64,000 bases of DNA from the NCBI RefSeq assembly GCF_009914755.1, contig NC_060940.1; one strand, 5' to 3'. Below the pieces are notes generated by a model. The model was not told the DNA's origin. It saw nothing but the letters and a program-made list of their open reading frames with translations, and did not search any database. Origin of the DNA: the human T2T-CHM13v2.0 reference genome, Homo sapiens. The first letter of the stretch is position 1. Each line of letters starts with the position of its first letter. Of the stretch, positions 44,466 to 58,766 are shown one piece after another. The translations under genes and the position numbers were made by a program.

Positions 44466-44988
44466 ATGCATTAAGATTCATTGTTTTTCACAAGGAAGCA
44501 AACTCTCCTCCATTTGAATTAACTTCCCCTCCCAATTGACTCAGTTTACCTAACAAGGCAAGGGCTAAACATCTGTTTCTCACGAATCCTTGTCAATTTC
44601 TATCAAGGGGCCAGGGAAGTAGGTGGTTCAGTGTCAGACCCAGTGGCCAGCAGACCAGGTTGGAAGTTTTTGAGAACTATTGGTCAAAAAACCATTGGTG
44701 CAAGAATGGCTGTCTTAAGCAGAATGAAATGGGAAGATAAGAACTGGATGCTGGAGTGGGTCAGCACCAGGCCATTATTTTGGTGGTAATTACCCCATCA
44801 GAGTCCAAAGCTTCAAGACAGTCTCTGAGCTGAGGACTGGGATTGTGGCTGTGTGCTCCACCAACCCACAGTCAGGAGCAGGGGGCACAGAAGTGCTCTG
44901 AGAGCCATTGCAAGGCAGCAAAGCTGTGTGTTTAGACAGTGCTCTTCCCTCTAGTGTGAGGTGGATGTTTCTGACTGACCTTTACCTA
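44346..44988 (+). repeat. Local direct duplication, copy 2
   Basis: Colinear with 42562-43264, roughly 90% identical by eye. Confidence 0.95.
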
Positions 44989-45362
44989 ATGTGTGCACAC
45001 TGGTGGGTGCTATTAGCAGCCTCTTATTCAGTAGACAGAGCTTCTCCCTGCCACTGCCCTGCTCCCAACCTCCTAAAAAATCACAAAGGACATCATTGTG
45101 TTTCCCACAGTAATGAACCATGACACATAGACATTTATTTGTCTGTTGCTTCTTAAAAATTTTTCATGATAATGCAGATCAGCATACACTCAGCTCAGCA
45201 TTCTCTGTTATGTAAATATCCTAGCAATGACAAGTTCAACATCTGTATCAATATTAGTATTATAAAATGTATACCTATTTATAATTGTACAGGTATACTT
45301 TGTGGAGTAGTTTACATTATATTGTCATATTTAATCTTCACTGTGACCTTGTAGAATTGGTC

Positions 45363-45599
45363 CAGGTTGAGCATTCCAAATCCCCAAATTCAAAATCCCA
45401 AATGCCCCCAGATCTGAAACTCTGAGTGTCAACATGATGCTCAAAGGAAGTGCTCATTAGAGCACTTTTGGATTTTGGATTTTCAGATTTCAGATGCTCA
45501 GCCAGTAAGTACATGATGGAAATATTCCAAAATTTGAAAATATCCAAAATCAGAAACACCTCTGGTCACAAGCATTTTGGATAAGGGGTACTCAACCTG
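45363..45599. mobile_element. Tigger4a/MER46-like MITE
   Basis: TIRs CAGGTTGAGCATTCC ... GGGGTACTCAACCTG. Confidence 0.85.
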
Positions 45600-45856
45600 C
45601 CCTTGATAGGTGGGAAAACTAAGGCTCAGGGAGGTTGGGTAACTTATCCAAGCTTATCCAAGATTCTCTGCTAAAGAGGAGAGCAAACACCTTTCTGTGG
45701 CCAAAGGTAGGGCCTTTCACAGGTACTTGCTTCTCTTGCCCAGGGTACATGGTAGGATCATCCCCACCTACTGAAACTCAGGTGTGGCCATATGACCTGT
45801 TTTGACCAAAGGCATGTAGGAAGAAGTGATGTGTATCACTCTAAAAGCTGGTGCAG

Positions 45857-46302
<446 letters not shown>

Positions 46303-48115
46303 TCAGGAAACATCTCACTGGGGCCAGGGTTGAAGGCCACAGTCCTACTCAGAAAATGTGAGAGAGAATTAAAATCGAGTTTGATGGCAATCTGAGAAGT
46401 CCTCTCTGAGATTTAATCAGGTCCTGATGGAGGAGTCAGATTGAATGGTGCCAATTGGGAGGCAACACAAGTTGTTGCAAGGAAAACAGCCCCATTAAAG
46501 CTTTGCATTATACATGTTCTCCAAGCTATGTAACTGTGGCTGTGTGATTCCTAGCAAGTGACCAAACCTTTCTGAAATTTAATTTCCTCATCTGTTGGAG
46601 AAAGGGGCTGAGCCAGGGGCTGCACCACTGCCTGTTATTTGTGCAGTATCTGGGCATCAGCTCAGAACAACCCCTGGGGATTTTCCATTTGTCAAAAGAA
46701 GAAAAAGAAATCAGGTCCCAAAGTGATGGTAATATTTTTAGATTGCATTTCTTCCTGCAGGCTTTTTGGTTGACTTAAATGTGGGCTTTGGGGCAGGGCA
46801 GCAACACGAGTGAGCTAAAGAGGCCAGCAGGAGAGAGCTCCTTGGCTGAGAACACTGGGGGTGACATGGCTCACAGGCACAGCAGGAGGTGAACGGCTCT
46901 GTGGAGCCTGTGGCTAAAAGGTCTTAATGGATTGTGCTCTCTCCTGCCTCATGATTACAGGATTCTTTCCTGTCCATCATGTCTTGGCCAGTGCTAAAGA
47001 ATTACTGAATTTCCGCTGCACCCTCTCACTCTCCAGGGCAGAGGCAAATCTACTTGGCTAGAAATTGGTTCTGTTGTATCCTTTGCCTCTACTTTGTTCC
47101 ACAGGGAAGCAGATACTCTGGAATCTTGGCTTTGGAAGCGTCGTCAGAACACCTGACTCAGTCCCTTTCTGGTGCAGATGCGGAAACAGGCCCAGAGAGG
47201 GAAAGGGAATAGGTGAGGTCCTAGAAGTAGAACTGCTGAATTGGCTCCTGGTGTCCTGACGATCAGTTCAAATAAGTGAATGTCAAGGAAGGATGATTTT
47301 TCTGGCCCCATTCATTGTCCCAGTTCCAACCTGGGGGCTGGGAGGAAGGTGGGTTCTGGCTTTGAAGCCTTGGACTGAGGTGGGAGGCCTGAGGGTCACA
47401 CCTTGCCAAGGGAAGTGGAAAGAATGTGATTCAAAAGATGAGTTCAAGTTGTGATCAAGCAGAGAAACCCAAAGAAGCGATCCTAAGCCTCAGGTTCAAA
47501 GAATGAGACAGAGACAGAACCTGGGACCTAGAAAAAGGCGATGGCAGAGTGGAGGCGAGGGAGAGGTCTTGTCAGAGTGGCAGGTTCAAGGGTTCAGGGT
47601 GGCAAATGAGGTGGGGCTGTATTTGGGCTGTTTTTTCCCTTCCTCCTTCCTTTCCCTCCACTTGTCCCCCTCTCTCTCTTCTTCCCTCCCCTCCTCTCTC
47701 CTTGCCTCTCTCTCTTTTTTTTGAATATTGATCACAGAGTGTGATATGTGATTTGCTTACAGAAATTCACCAAGCCAGAAAAGGCAAAACCATTTCCACA
47801 AAACATTATCTTTTATGCCTAAGAATGAAATAAAGTAGGGCGGAGAGGGTCCTTTAGCTACTTATACTGGAAAAATAGGCATCGTACAAAAACTTGGGTG
47901 AGAAAACCCAAATTAATTAACGAAGTCATTCATTAATGCATTGATTGAACGGCATGACTAATAGTTGCCAGGTTTCCATCTCCATCCTCCTCTGACCGTG
48001 TGAAGCAGGCAGAACACATAAACCCTCTTAGCCTGATCTGTGAAGATCATGATAACACCTCACTGGGATTTGATAGGATTAAATTGGTTACTCCAGGAAG
48101 GTGAACACATTTTAA

Positions 48116-48460
<345 letters not shown>

Positions 48461-49959
48461 TATTACTATTATTTTTACTTGTGATTGTTTTGATTGTTGT
48501 CAGAACCCTGAGTCCGTGCATTAGAGGTTTCCTTATGGCCAAATCAGAGAAACCCAGCCCTGCCCCGAAGAAAGACTGGATGACTGCTCAAGCTTCCTAA
48601 GACATGAGAGGACTCAGGAGACCCATGAAGCAGGTGCAGTCATTTGAGCTTGACCTATGTTGTCCTTTTATTGGAGTCTTTGGGGTGTCCACGGCTGGTA
48701 AGGTGGGAAGAACAGTAAGGATACATTAATTGAAAGCTTTCCCACCAGATTAACTTCAATTCTACACCAGCTCGTCTTACTCCCTTGCTCCAGGGACTTC
48801 CTGGTGGCCATTGAGTTGCTGAAGTACACTGCTGTCTGACTTCCTGCTTCCTGCTCTCCAACAGCTCAACATTTTACAGTCTTCAGATACTCGTCATCTT
48901 TTCACTGCCCTCTACTTGGTTTTCCATAGCAGACATTGGTCATCAATCTTTGCACTGACACTTAGCTGTGACAGGGACTGGGACTGTTTCTCAGCATAGT
49001 TCTGCAATCTCTCATTCAGGTGGGAGATAGCCAAGGTCATCTGAAATCTGGTATAAAAACTTTTATAATGATTGAGCACCTCATATGTGTTTGGTGTTCT
49101 CCCAGACACCATACTGAGGCATAAAGCAGCAGTTTCTATTTCTCTTTGGTCTAGAAATGCCCACAACAGCAGGAGAATTTCAAGTACCACCCTGCGATCG
49201 GTTGGCTGGGATTTTGTAATTAACTCATCAGTCATTAATTACTGATTGGCTGGGTATTCCAGTTCCTCTGGCTTCTCACTAACCAGAAGAATTCACTGTT
49301 ATCCACATACTGAGGTTTTTCACTCTGCAGTGAGTCCTCAGTATTTTATAAAGATGTTTAGTAAGACAAATGCTGTCTTGATCTTTGAAGAATCTCACTT
49401 ATTACATGTTCCCATCTTCTAAAGGGCTTGTTTATTTCTTCTCTATTACTGCTTTCTGAGCAAATTCATGGCAAAACGCACACACATCCCAACCCCATGG
49501 TGATGCAGTGTTTTGAACAGCATTTGATGTAGAAACTTGTCAAAGTTCTTCTTATCTTTCTTCTTATTTTTTTCTCAGTCTAATTAAATCATTTCCACAG
49601 ACTAGTTTAGCCAGATGCCTCTTTGCCATCTCAAAAAGCACTAATAAATTAGTTGAGCATGACTGTGGAAAACACGTTGTCTTCCTTTAACAGGAGATTG
49701 CTCATTATACAGCATGTACTTGTTGCTGAACGGCGTGGTCCTGGCTTACAATGCAGTGTTAGTCATGGCAGAGAATAGCCAGGATTACCAACTTCCAAGT
49801 CTCCACATCTCTTCTTTCTTCAAACTCTCTTTGACCTCCACCACCATCTTGGCTACACATGAGCACCAGGAACAATTATGATCAGGAGGTGGGTAGATTT
49901 AAGAATCCTGGCCAGAAGCTGTGGAACTTGGCCTACTTTTGACTTTACTGTTTGTCCAG

Positions 49960-50490
49960 AATTAATGTAGGACTTTTGTTGGAAGTGACGCAAAATCTGA
50001 CCAAACTAGTCTAAGTGGCTGGGAGTTTCTTAGCTCAGGAATAGGAAAAGGATAAGTTATTCTATCTCTAAGTGTAGCTTGACTTAGGGGCCCAAATAAT
50101 GTCATCAGGCTTTGTTTCTCAGTTTCTCTTTCTTTATTCATCTCAGGGCTCAGATATCTGTGTCAACTTCATTCTCCAACCAAATATAATCTCGTGGTGG
50201 CAAGATGGAACCAGCAACTTTATCTTCAAATTCTCCCATTCAAGTTCCATAGGGAAAAGGGAAAAGAAGCTTGCTTTTTTCATTTTTGTTTTTATTTTCT
50301 CCTTCTGGCTCCTATAAAGGTCAAAATTCACCCTAGTTGGACTGATTTAGGTCACATGCTCATCCTGAAATGAATCATTCTGTGGCCAGGGTGATGAATA
50401 TTCTGGATAGGCTACATCATGTGTTCTACCATCTGGAGTTGCTGATGGAGTTCTACCTGAAGTATGTGGGCTAAAAATGGACAAAAAGAT
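49960..50490. mobile_element. Old MLT1/LTR33-like LTR relic
   Basis: GGTGGCAAGATGG..TTGGACTGATTTAGGTCACATGCTCATCCTGAA. Confidence 0.5.
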
Positions 50491-50992
50491 TAATGAGCTT
50501 TGAGTGGGTAAAACAGCACATGCCCATTATTCAGCCATTAAATTTCTATCTCAGGGCTGCATTCCCCAAGTCCAAATTCAACCCAACTTCTTCCAACTCA
50601 GAGCATTTAGAGAAAGACACACTGGAGTCAGACAGAGCTGGTTCAACTGGTGGATCCAGTTCTAATGTGCTGTTTAATGTCCTCTGGGCCTTAGTCTTCT
50701 CATCTGTAAAATGGGGTAGTCATAACTTTGTCAACAGTGCTTGGCACTGTGATTGGGGCACATTAAGCTTTAATCAATGGGATTCTTGCCTGTTCTTCTC
50801 ATCTAGATTTCTGCCATGATAACATATTGGGTGCTGTCAATCAAATGAGGACCGACTTTGCCTTATTCATCCATTTTTGATCCCAGGGATGAGACAGTTG
50901 TACCTGAACCTTGGCCCGATGCTTGCATCCTTGCCTACCTTCCTCTATTTCGGAATCATCTTCATTGCCATGCATCATGGACTATTGGTATA

Positions 50993-51540
50993 TTTTTTTT
51001 TTTTTTTTTAGTTTAGATATAATTCATTTATTATAAAAGGGAGGCACGAAAATTGTTTACATGATGAAAGATTTCAGAACTTCAGTGGAATGCACGAGCT
51101 CATGTTGATGCTATTTCAATAGTGATCTATTTTAGTCTACGTACTTCCCAAGAATGTCACCATCTCTAAATAAGAAATAATTCCTGTCACCTAGCACCAC
51201 TTTGGTGCCTGCATATTCTGGGAGAAGAACTTTATCTCCAACTTTCACTACATATTCTGGCACCAAAGTTGGAGAAGAACTTTATCACCAACTTTCATGC
51301 TAACTGGTTGAATCTCTTCAACCTTCACTTTAGAGCCCAATCCAACAGCTACTACTGTTACTTGCAATATTTTTTCTTGAGATATTTCTGGAAGCATATG
51401 CCTTCTTTGGTTACAGTTTCAACTGCTTTCCTTTTAACCAATACTTGGCCAAAGAGCAGAATAAACTTTCTAAATGCTTGTCTGCCATGATTCCTGCCAT
51501 CAAGGCTCATACTTTGCTCTCATGCTGCTGATGCCAAGAC
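50993..51540 (-). pseudogene. Processed HSPE1 (HSP10/Cpn10) pseudogene, frameshifted; CDS remnant 51132-51488; possibly HSPE1P16 (from memory)
   Basis: Minus strand translates in pieces to ETVTK, IQPVSMKVGDKVLL and LFRDGDILGKYVD*; intronless; poly-T 50993-51009; degenerate TSD ACT(AT/C)TGGTAT. Confidence 0.93.
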
Positions 51541-51789
51541 ACTCTGGTATCCTGTGCTGAGCTCATCCCATGAATCTCTCCATACTTCCCAGAATTTCTG
51601 GGAAAGTCTGACTTTCTCTTGTAACCCAGAGCTGGATCTAAGCATTTCTATCATCCCCAACATCTTCCTCCCCAACCCCTTCCATTGGTTGAATTATAGC
51701 CTCTGTCTGTACCCTGCTGTCCTATCCATTTTCAGCAAATGAGACCATGCTCAGCCTTGTCATGGATGTGTGATAAGGAGAAAATGAGT

Positions 51790-52098
51790 CTGGGCATGGT
51801 AGTTTACACCTGTAATCCCAGCACTTTGGGAGGCTGAGGTGTTTGAAGCCAGGAGTTTGAGACCAGCCTGGGCACATAGTGAGACCTTGTCTCTACTGAA
51901 AAAAAAAAAAAAGAAAAAAACCATTAAAAATTAGCTAGGTGTGGTGGTGCACACCTATAGTCCTAGCTACTTGGGAGGTTCAGTGGGAGGAGTGCTTGAG
52001 CCTAGGAGTTTGAGGCTGCAGTGAGCTATGATTGCACCACTGCACTCCAGCCTGGATGACAGAGGAAGACCCTGTCTCTTAAAAAAATAAAGAAAGAA
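51790..52098 (+). mobile_element. AluJ
   Basis: Diverged Alu; TSD AGAAAATG(A/G)GT. Confidence 0.9.
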
Positions 52099-52993
52099 AA
52101 TGGGTAGGTGAGATGCTCACAGAACCATATTAAGCTGAGTTGGCAAGCATGTTAAAGGGCATCTGATACAACTTTTCTCTTGTGGGGAACATCCTAGCTG
52201 ATTGCATGGGCCGGGGACACAGAATGTTGTTTGGATGCCAGTAATGAACCTCCAGATGCCACAAAGCCGTGGGTAACTAGTAAACTCCAGTAAATTAGGA
52301 CATTCTTGTTGGTAATTAACATCCCCTACTCCCTCAGGGAAACAACTAAAACACTGTCAGGATCCACTTTCTGGAGGAAATGGCCTTAAATTAGATCTTA
52401 GGGAGTCGATTAGGTTTATGACTAAAATATATAAGAAGCTAGGTAGGTAACATAAACAAGAGAATGGGGCTAGTGTCCACGTATGTGCTGTCTGCATGTT
52501 GGGGGCTATGGTGAGCCAGACAGCACAGACCCTCTTTAAGAAACCAGCCATTGTTCATCTCTCTCCAATAGATGTTATACAGGAGGGAATGCCCAGTGTA
52601 GCCAAATCTTCCACCTTTGCAAGAGATGATGGAAATCTTTTAAACTAAACTCAGTTTTTAAATGTTAGTTACTTTTAATCCCTATCCAAAAAAAAAGTTT
52701 CCAATGCTGTCTTAATGTCCAAGGTGCTTAGGGTATAGAGGGTAGAAGGGAGGCTTGCTAGGTGTCGGGTAGACCATGAGCAAAGGCTCAGAGGGAAGAC
52801 TGAGCATCGTGCAGAAGCCACAGTGAAGCACGCAGATGTCATGGAGGATTTAGGCACTGGTGGGAAAAACACAGGGTACATAGGACCAGATTAAGGAGAG
52901 ACTTGAAGTCAGCCAGAGTAGTTCAGATAGATTTATGGTGTAGGCCAGGACTGGGAAGGCCTAGGAGCAGAGACAGCAGCTAGGATTGTAGTC

Positions 52994-53297
<304 letters not shown>

Positions 53298-53379
53298 AGG
53301 ATTGTAGTCTTAATTATGTGGCTGTTCATACCATCACCACCAGTAAAGTTAATCTGAGGTTGAATTAAAATACATTCCA

Positions 53380-54030
53380 GATAGTATCTCATTGTGGCTT
53401 TGATTTACATTTCTTAATGATCAATGATGTTGAGCTTTTATTCATATGATTCCTCAAAGACCTAAAGACAGAAAAACCATTTGACCCAACAATCCCATTA
53501 CTGGGTATATACCCAAAGGAATATAAAACATACTATTATAAAGACACATGCATGCATATATTCATTGCAGCACTATTCACAATAGCAAAGCCATGGAGTC
53601 AACCTGAATGCCCATCAATGATAGACTGCATAAAGAAAATGTGGTACATATACACCATGGAATACTATGCAGCCATAGAAAAGAATGAGGTCATGTCCTT
53701 TGCAGGGACATGGATGGAGCTGTAGGCCATTATCACTAGCAAACTAACACAGGACAGAAAACCAAATACCATATGTTCTCACTCATAAGTGGGAGCTAAA
53801 TGATGAAAACACATGGACACGCAGAGGGGAATGACACACACTGGGGCCTTTCAGAGGCTGGAGGGTGGGAGGAGGGAGAAGATAAGGAAAAATAGCTAAT
53901 GGGTAGTGGGCTTAATACATGGGTGATGAAATAATCTGTACAACAGACCTGCATAACACATGTTTACCTTTGTAACAAATCTGCACTTGTACCCCTGAAC
54001 TCAAAATAAAAGCGAAAAAAAAAGATAAAA
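53380..54030 (+). mobile_element. Truncated L1 (older L1PA/L1PB) with 5' inversion
   Basis: About 70 bp of antisense L1, then sense ORF2 end, 3'UTR and A tail; degenerate TSD TAAAATA...TCCAG. Confidence 0.9.
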
Positions 54031-56065
54031 ATAAAATATGGTCCAGTAAGTTTGGACAGTCAGCATAGACTACACCACAAAGTAAGAGATAAAGAGGGAG
54101 AGGAGGCAAAATGATGTGCATGAATTTCAACATTTATTGAGAGTTCTTAGTTTCTAAGCTCTGTACACCAGCCTAGTCACAGGAGATTGAATATAAGTAA
54201 GAAGTGAATCACACCTTAGACTACTGACAATCTAGATGGAGAAATTCAGATAGAGGAAAATTAGAGATCAAGTTCCAAAACCTTGCACTGGCTTCTTAGT
54301 TGTGATAGAAAAGAGCAAAACAGGACAACAAAATAATTGTCTACATCACGTATACGTTAATAAGACACATGTCTGCCCATTTTTATGGCATTATGTTACT
54401 CAAAAGAGGTGGACATGAGATCCATACAGCTGCCCGTTGTATGATATGCCATATCTTTACAATCTTGTAGAGAAGAGTGGTCTTCACTATGAATCCTAAA
54501 ATGCAAGGCACGAGTAAGACCACTCAATAGGAGACTTGCTTTGTAAGTGATTTGCTTACGACATGAACACCTGTATGTGGGGTAAAAGCAGAGATGGTTA
54601 AGAGTTTTACAAACAGTACAAGGGGTATGAGCTAATTATTAGATAAAGGAAGTCCTACATGTCTATCATATAAAACTTATTTTTCTTGGCCGAAAGTTTT
54701 TAAAAAGGAATTTGTAAAGAGGTGGGAGGAACGGTATTCTCTCGCAAGAGAGATGGAACATTTTAATGATGTTATTGAGAGCAAGACTATTATCACTGCA
54801 TCATTTTGTACTATCTGATATTTGAGGAAATGAAATATTCTACATAAGAAATGAACAAAGGCGAAAAGTTTTAATCTGTTCCCCGTTCAGTCCCTTCCTT
54901 CTTCTTTCCTTCTCTCCCTCTCTTCTTTTCTTCCTCTTTCCATCTACTCATTCTCTGAGCATCTGCAAGAAACCTGGGTGATTTCCAACACACACCTGTC
55001 ACTTAGGTAAATGAGACTCACCACCAGCAGCTGCAGTGTTGAGACACTTGAAAGGTTAATTACAGAAAGACAGTGTGCAGAAGAGCAGGTAGAATAAAGT
55101 GCTGAATTTCTCCTGCCTAATTGTCACCACAGAATTCCACACGATTTCTTGCATCTCACTTTAGAATGAGAGCCTCACTCTACATTCTTTCTATGACCAA
55201 AGGAAGGAGATCCCTTTGCAGTATGCAATGCTCAGGACATCTGTTCTGTGGACATTAGTTCTATATATGGAATGAATTCCTGTGGGGTTGTGTAGGCATC
55301 AGCAAATTTTATGTAGTAAATAATCATTGGCAGGGTCTGTGCTGTGGAACAGGACTGCAGATACAGATAAAGTCATATGAGGACTCCCAGGAGCTAGATC
55401 AGGTAGGAAAGTCCTTGTAAGTGCATGGGAATTTGACAGGTAGAGGGGATTAAGCACCATTTTTTAGGCTGCACTGGTTGCCCAGAGGGGTGGTTTGTCC
55501 CTCATCATCTCTACTTAACAACACTTCCACACCTCCTCCAAACAAATTGCAATTGAAATAAAAATAAAATATCTAAACGTGCTTCCTGTGCAAATATTAT
55601 TTTCAGACAAAGTCTCCCGCTCTTAGTCCAACAAAATAGCTGCTTCCAACCACTTCCTAGAGAGAAGTTCTGAATCAGCATTGATTCTCTGTCCCTCCTC
55701 ATTTTGAATGCATAATCTGAGCGCTAAAATAATAGCGTCATCCATTGCTCCCCTTCTCTGCTAGGTCATGTCCCAAGGGAGACATGACCAAATTAGTGAA
55801 AACAATTTGGTGTCAAAGATATTTGGGTGTAACTTTTCTCTGCCACTAATTGAGTTTGTGACCCTAAGTATAGCATTCCCACCACCCCCCACCCCAGCCA
55901 CCCCTGTGCCACCTCACTGATTCTGTTTTCTCTTTTGTAACTTGGGAAAATGAAATTGTCCTCCCAGGGTTGATGTTAAATAAAGTCAAGAAAAATTGCT
56001 GATGGCACTAACTAATAATTAGGGAAGTTCAGCTTTCTTTACATCTCCAGAAAAGACAACATCCC

Positions 56066-56432
56066 TGATATGGTTTGGCTGTGTCCCTACCCAAATCTGG
56101 AACTGTAGCTCCCATAATTCCCAGGTGTCATGGGGAGGAGCTGGTGGGAGGTAATTGAATCATGAGAGCGGGTTTTTCCCATGCTGTTCTCATGGTAGTG
56201 AATAAGTTTCACAAAATCTGTTGGTTTTATAAAGGGCAGTTCCCCTACACATGGTGTCTCTTGCTTGCCTGCCACCATGCAAGACGTGACTTTGCTCCTC
56301 CTTTGCCTTCCACCATGATTGTGAGGCCGTCCCAGCCGTGTGGAACTGTGAGTCACAATTGAAGCTCTGTCCTTTGTGAATTACCCAGTCTTGGTTATGT
56401 CTTTATTAACAGCATTAGAACAGACTAGTGCA
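56066..56432 (+). mobile_element. THE1 (MaLR) solo LTR
   Basis: TGATATGGTTTGGCTGTGTCCC...GAACAGACTAGTGCA; 5-bp TSD ATCCC/ATCCT. Confidence 0.93.
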
Positions 56433-57324
56433 ATCCTGGAATAGACATAGACTGTGCTTCACTTTCAAATATTCAAACTCTGTACAACTTGAATGCACAT
56501 ACTTTGCATATCTACCTCTATAACCCTTCAACATGTATGCCAAAGGTGTATTTTCCTCCTCCTCTTAATTCACATTTACTGAGCACTTACTGGGGATAGA
56601 CATTATTCTAATCAGTCCACACAGATTAACCCAATCCCCTGAGGAAGACATTGCCACATTCTGTGACCCTAATATGCTATCAGTTGTAGGACACAAAATT
56701 ATTTTATATTTGACTGTGACATGGCATCAATGATGTGGTACCCCAAATGTCAGCTATATTAAAAAGTTTAACGTAGATCTTAGGATCAATAAAATAGAGT
56801 AATATTCTAGCCTCATTTTACAGGTGAGGGTTCTGAGCACCATAGACATCAAGGGTCTTCCCCAAATTTACATAACCAGTCAGAGTGTGAAAGAAAATTT
56901 GAACCTAAGCCATCTGACTTTGAAGTCCACACTTTTAATCACCTCCCTAAACTTCCCCTCTCCATTCAGTAGGTGAATGAACATTTCAGGTAATTTCATC
57001 TCCGACCTCAATTATATGCCCTTTGGGGCTCAAGTGGTCGTTTGACTTTTCTGTTTTAAAGGAAGGGGATGAAATTAAAGAACAAGTACAAAATCCTGAA
57101 AATACATCCTTGGAAACTGTATCTAACATACGAGATGTATTTTGGCCTTTTTTGATATTGTTTTGCTCTCTGGAAGCCAAATGCCTTTTAATATGTAGGT
57201 GAATTGTTTGATTTTTGCATGTCCAACTTATGTGTATGATTTCAAGGATGTTTTATATGTAAATGTTGGCATCTTGATACACTGTTTGCAAAAATGACCC
57301 CAATTCTCCACTTCTGCCAATATC

Positions 57325-57633
57325 TATATTATTTATTTATGTATTGTGTTTGAGACGGGGTGTTGCTCTGTCGCCCAGGCTGGAGTGCAGTGACTCAGTC
57401 ACAACTCACTGCAGCCTCAACCTCCTGGGTTCAAGTGATCCTTCTGCTTCAGCCTCCAGGATAGCTGGGACTACAGGCACATGCCACAATGCCCAGCTAA
57501 TTTTTGCATTTTTTGTAGAGACAGAGTTTCGCCATGTTGCCCAGACTGGTCTCAAACTCCTGGGCTCAAGTGATACAACTGCCTCAGCCTCCCAAAGTGC
57601 TGAAATTATAGGCATGAGCCACTGCACCCAGCC
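57325..57633 (-). mobile_element. AluJ inside an MLT1 LTR (~57280-58950)
   Basis: Antisense Alu; MLT1 motifs GAATCTGGGCTGG-like at 57700 and AAATAAATGGCTATTGTTT..CACTAAGTTT at 58900. Confidence 0.9.
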
Positions 57634-57907
57634 CACATTCCTTAAAATGGGATGTTGCAGCCTCTTCCAACAAGAAATGGTATCTATTTCTACACCTTGT
57701 AAATCTGGGCTGGCTATGTGCCTTGCTTTAGTGAACAGAAGGTGGTGGAAGTGATCACTTACCAGTTCTGAACCCAGGCACCAAGGGGTCTTCTGAGATT
57801 AGGCTTTCTTTTGGAAGCTTGCTCCTCCATAAAAGCACATCCAGGGTAACCTGATGGAGGATGAAAGACTACATGGAACAAAGTCAAGTAATCGCGGTTG
57901 ATGCCTT

Positions 57908-58766
57908 CTTTTTTTTATAGTAAATTCTTTTATATATATATATATTTTTTTATTATACTTTAAGTTCTAGGGTACATGTGCACAACGTGCAGGTTTGTTA
58001 CATATGTATACATGTGCCATGTTGCTATGCTGCACCCATTAACTTGTCATCTACATTAGGTATATCTCCTAATGCTATCCCTCCCCCCTCCCCCCACCCC
58101 ACAACAGGCCCTGGTGTGTGATGTTCCCCTTCTTGTGTCCAAGTGTTCTCATTATTCAATTCCCACCTATGAGTGAGAACATGCAGTGTTTGGTTTTTTG
58201 TCCTTGCCATAGTTTGCTGACAATGATGGTTTCCAGCTTCATCCATGTCCCTACAAAGGACATGAACTCATCATTTTTTATGGCTGCATAGTACTCCATG
58301 GTGCATATGTGCCACATTTTCTTAATCCAGTCTATCATTGTTGGACATTTGGGTTTGTTCCAAGTCTTTGCTATTGCGAATAGTGCCATAATAAACATAC
58401 GTGTGCATATGTCTTTACAGCAGCATGATTTATATTCCTTTGGGTATATACCCAGTAATGGGATGGCTGGGTCAAATGGTATTTCTAGTTCTAGATCCCT
58501 GAGGAATTGCCACACTGTCTTCCACAATGGTTGAACTAGTTTACAGTCCCACCAACAGTGTAAAAGTGTTCCTATTTCTCCACATCCTCTCCAGCACCTG
58601 TTGTTTCCTGACTTTTTAATGATCGCCATTCTAACTGGTGTGAGATGATATGTCATTGTGGTTTTGATTTGCATTTCTCTGATGGCCAGTGATGATGAGC
58701 ATTTTTTCATGTGTCTGTTGGGGGCATAAATGTCTTCTTTTGAGAAGTGTCTGTTCATATCCTTCA
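57908..58766 (-). mobile_element. 5'-truncated primate L1PA (ORF2 C-terminus and 3'UTR)
   Basis: ORF 58156-58767 gives [44 protein letters not shown]; G-rich 3'UTR and tail. Confidence 0.97.

Noticed and set aside
44760-44775. REST/RE1 site (TCAGCACC)
   Set aside because: Left half only; there is no GGACAG right half.
42562-44988. Two direct repeats around a spacer as a novel LTR retroelement
   Set aside because: No TG..CA termini, primer-binding site, polypurine tract or outer TSD; the spacer contains a MIR, i.e. ordinary old genomic DNA.
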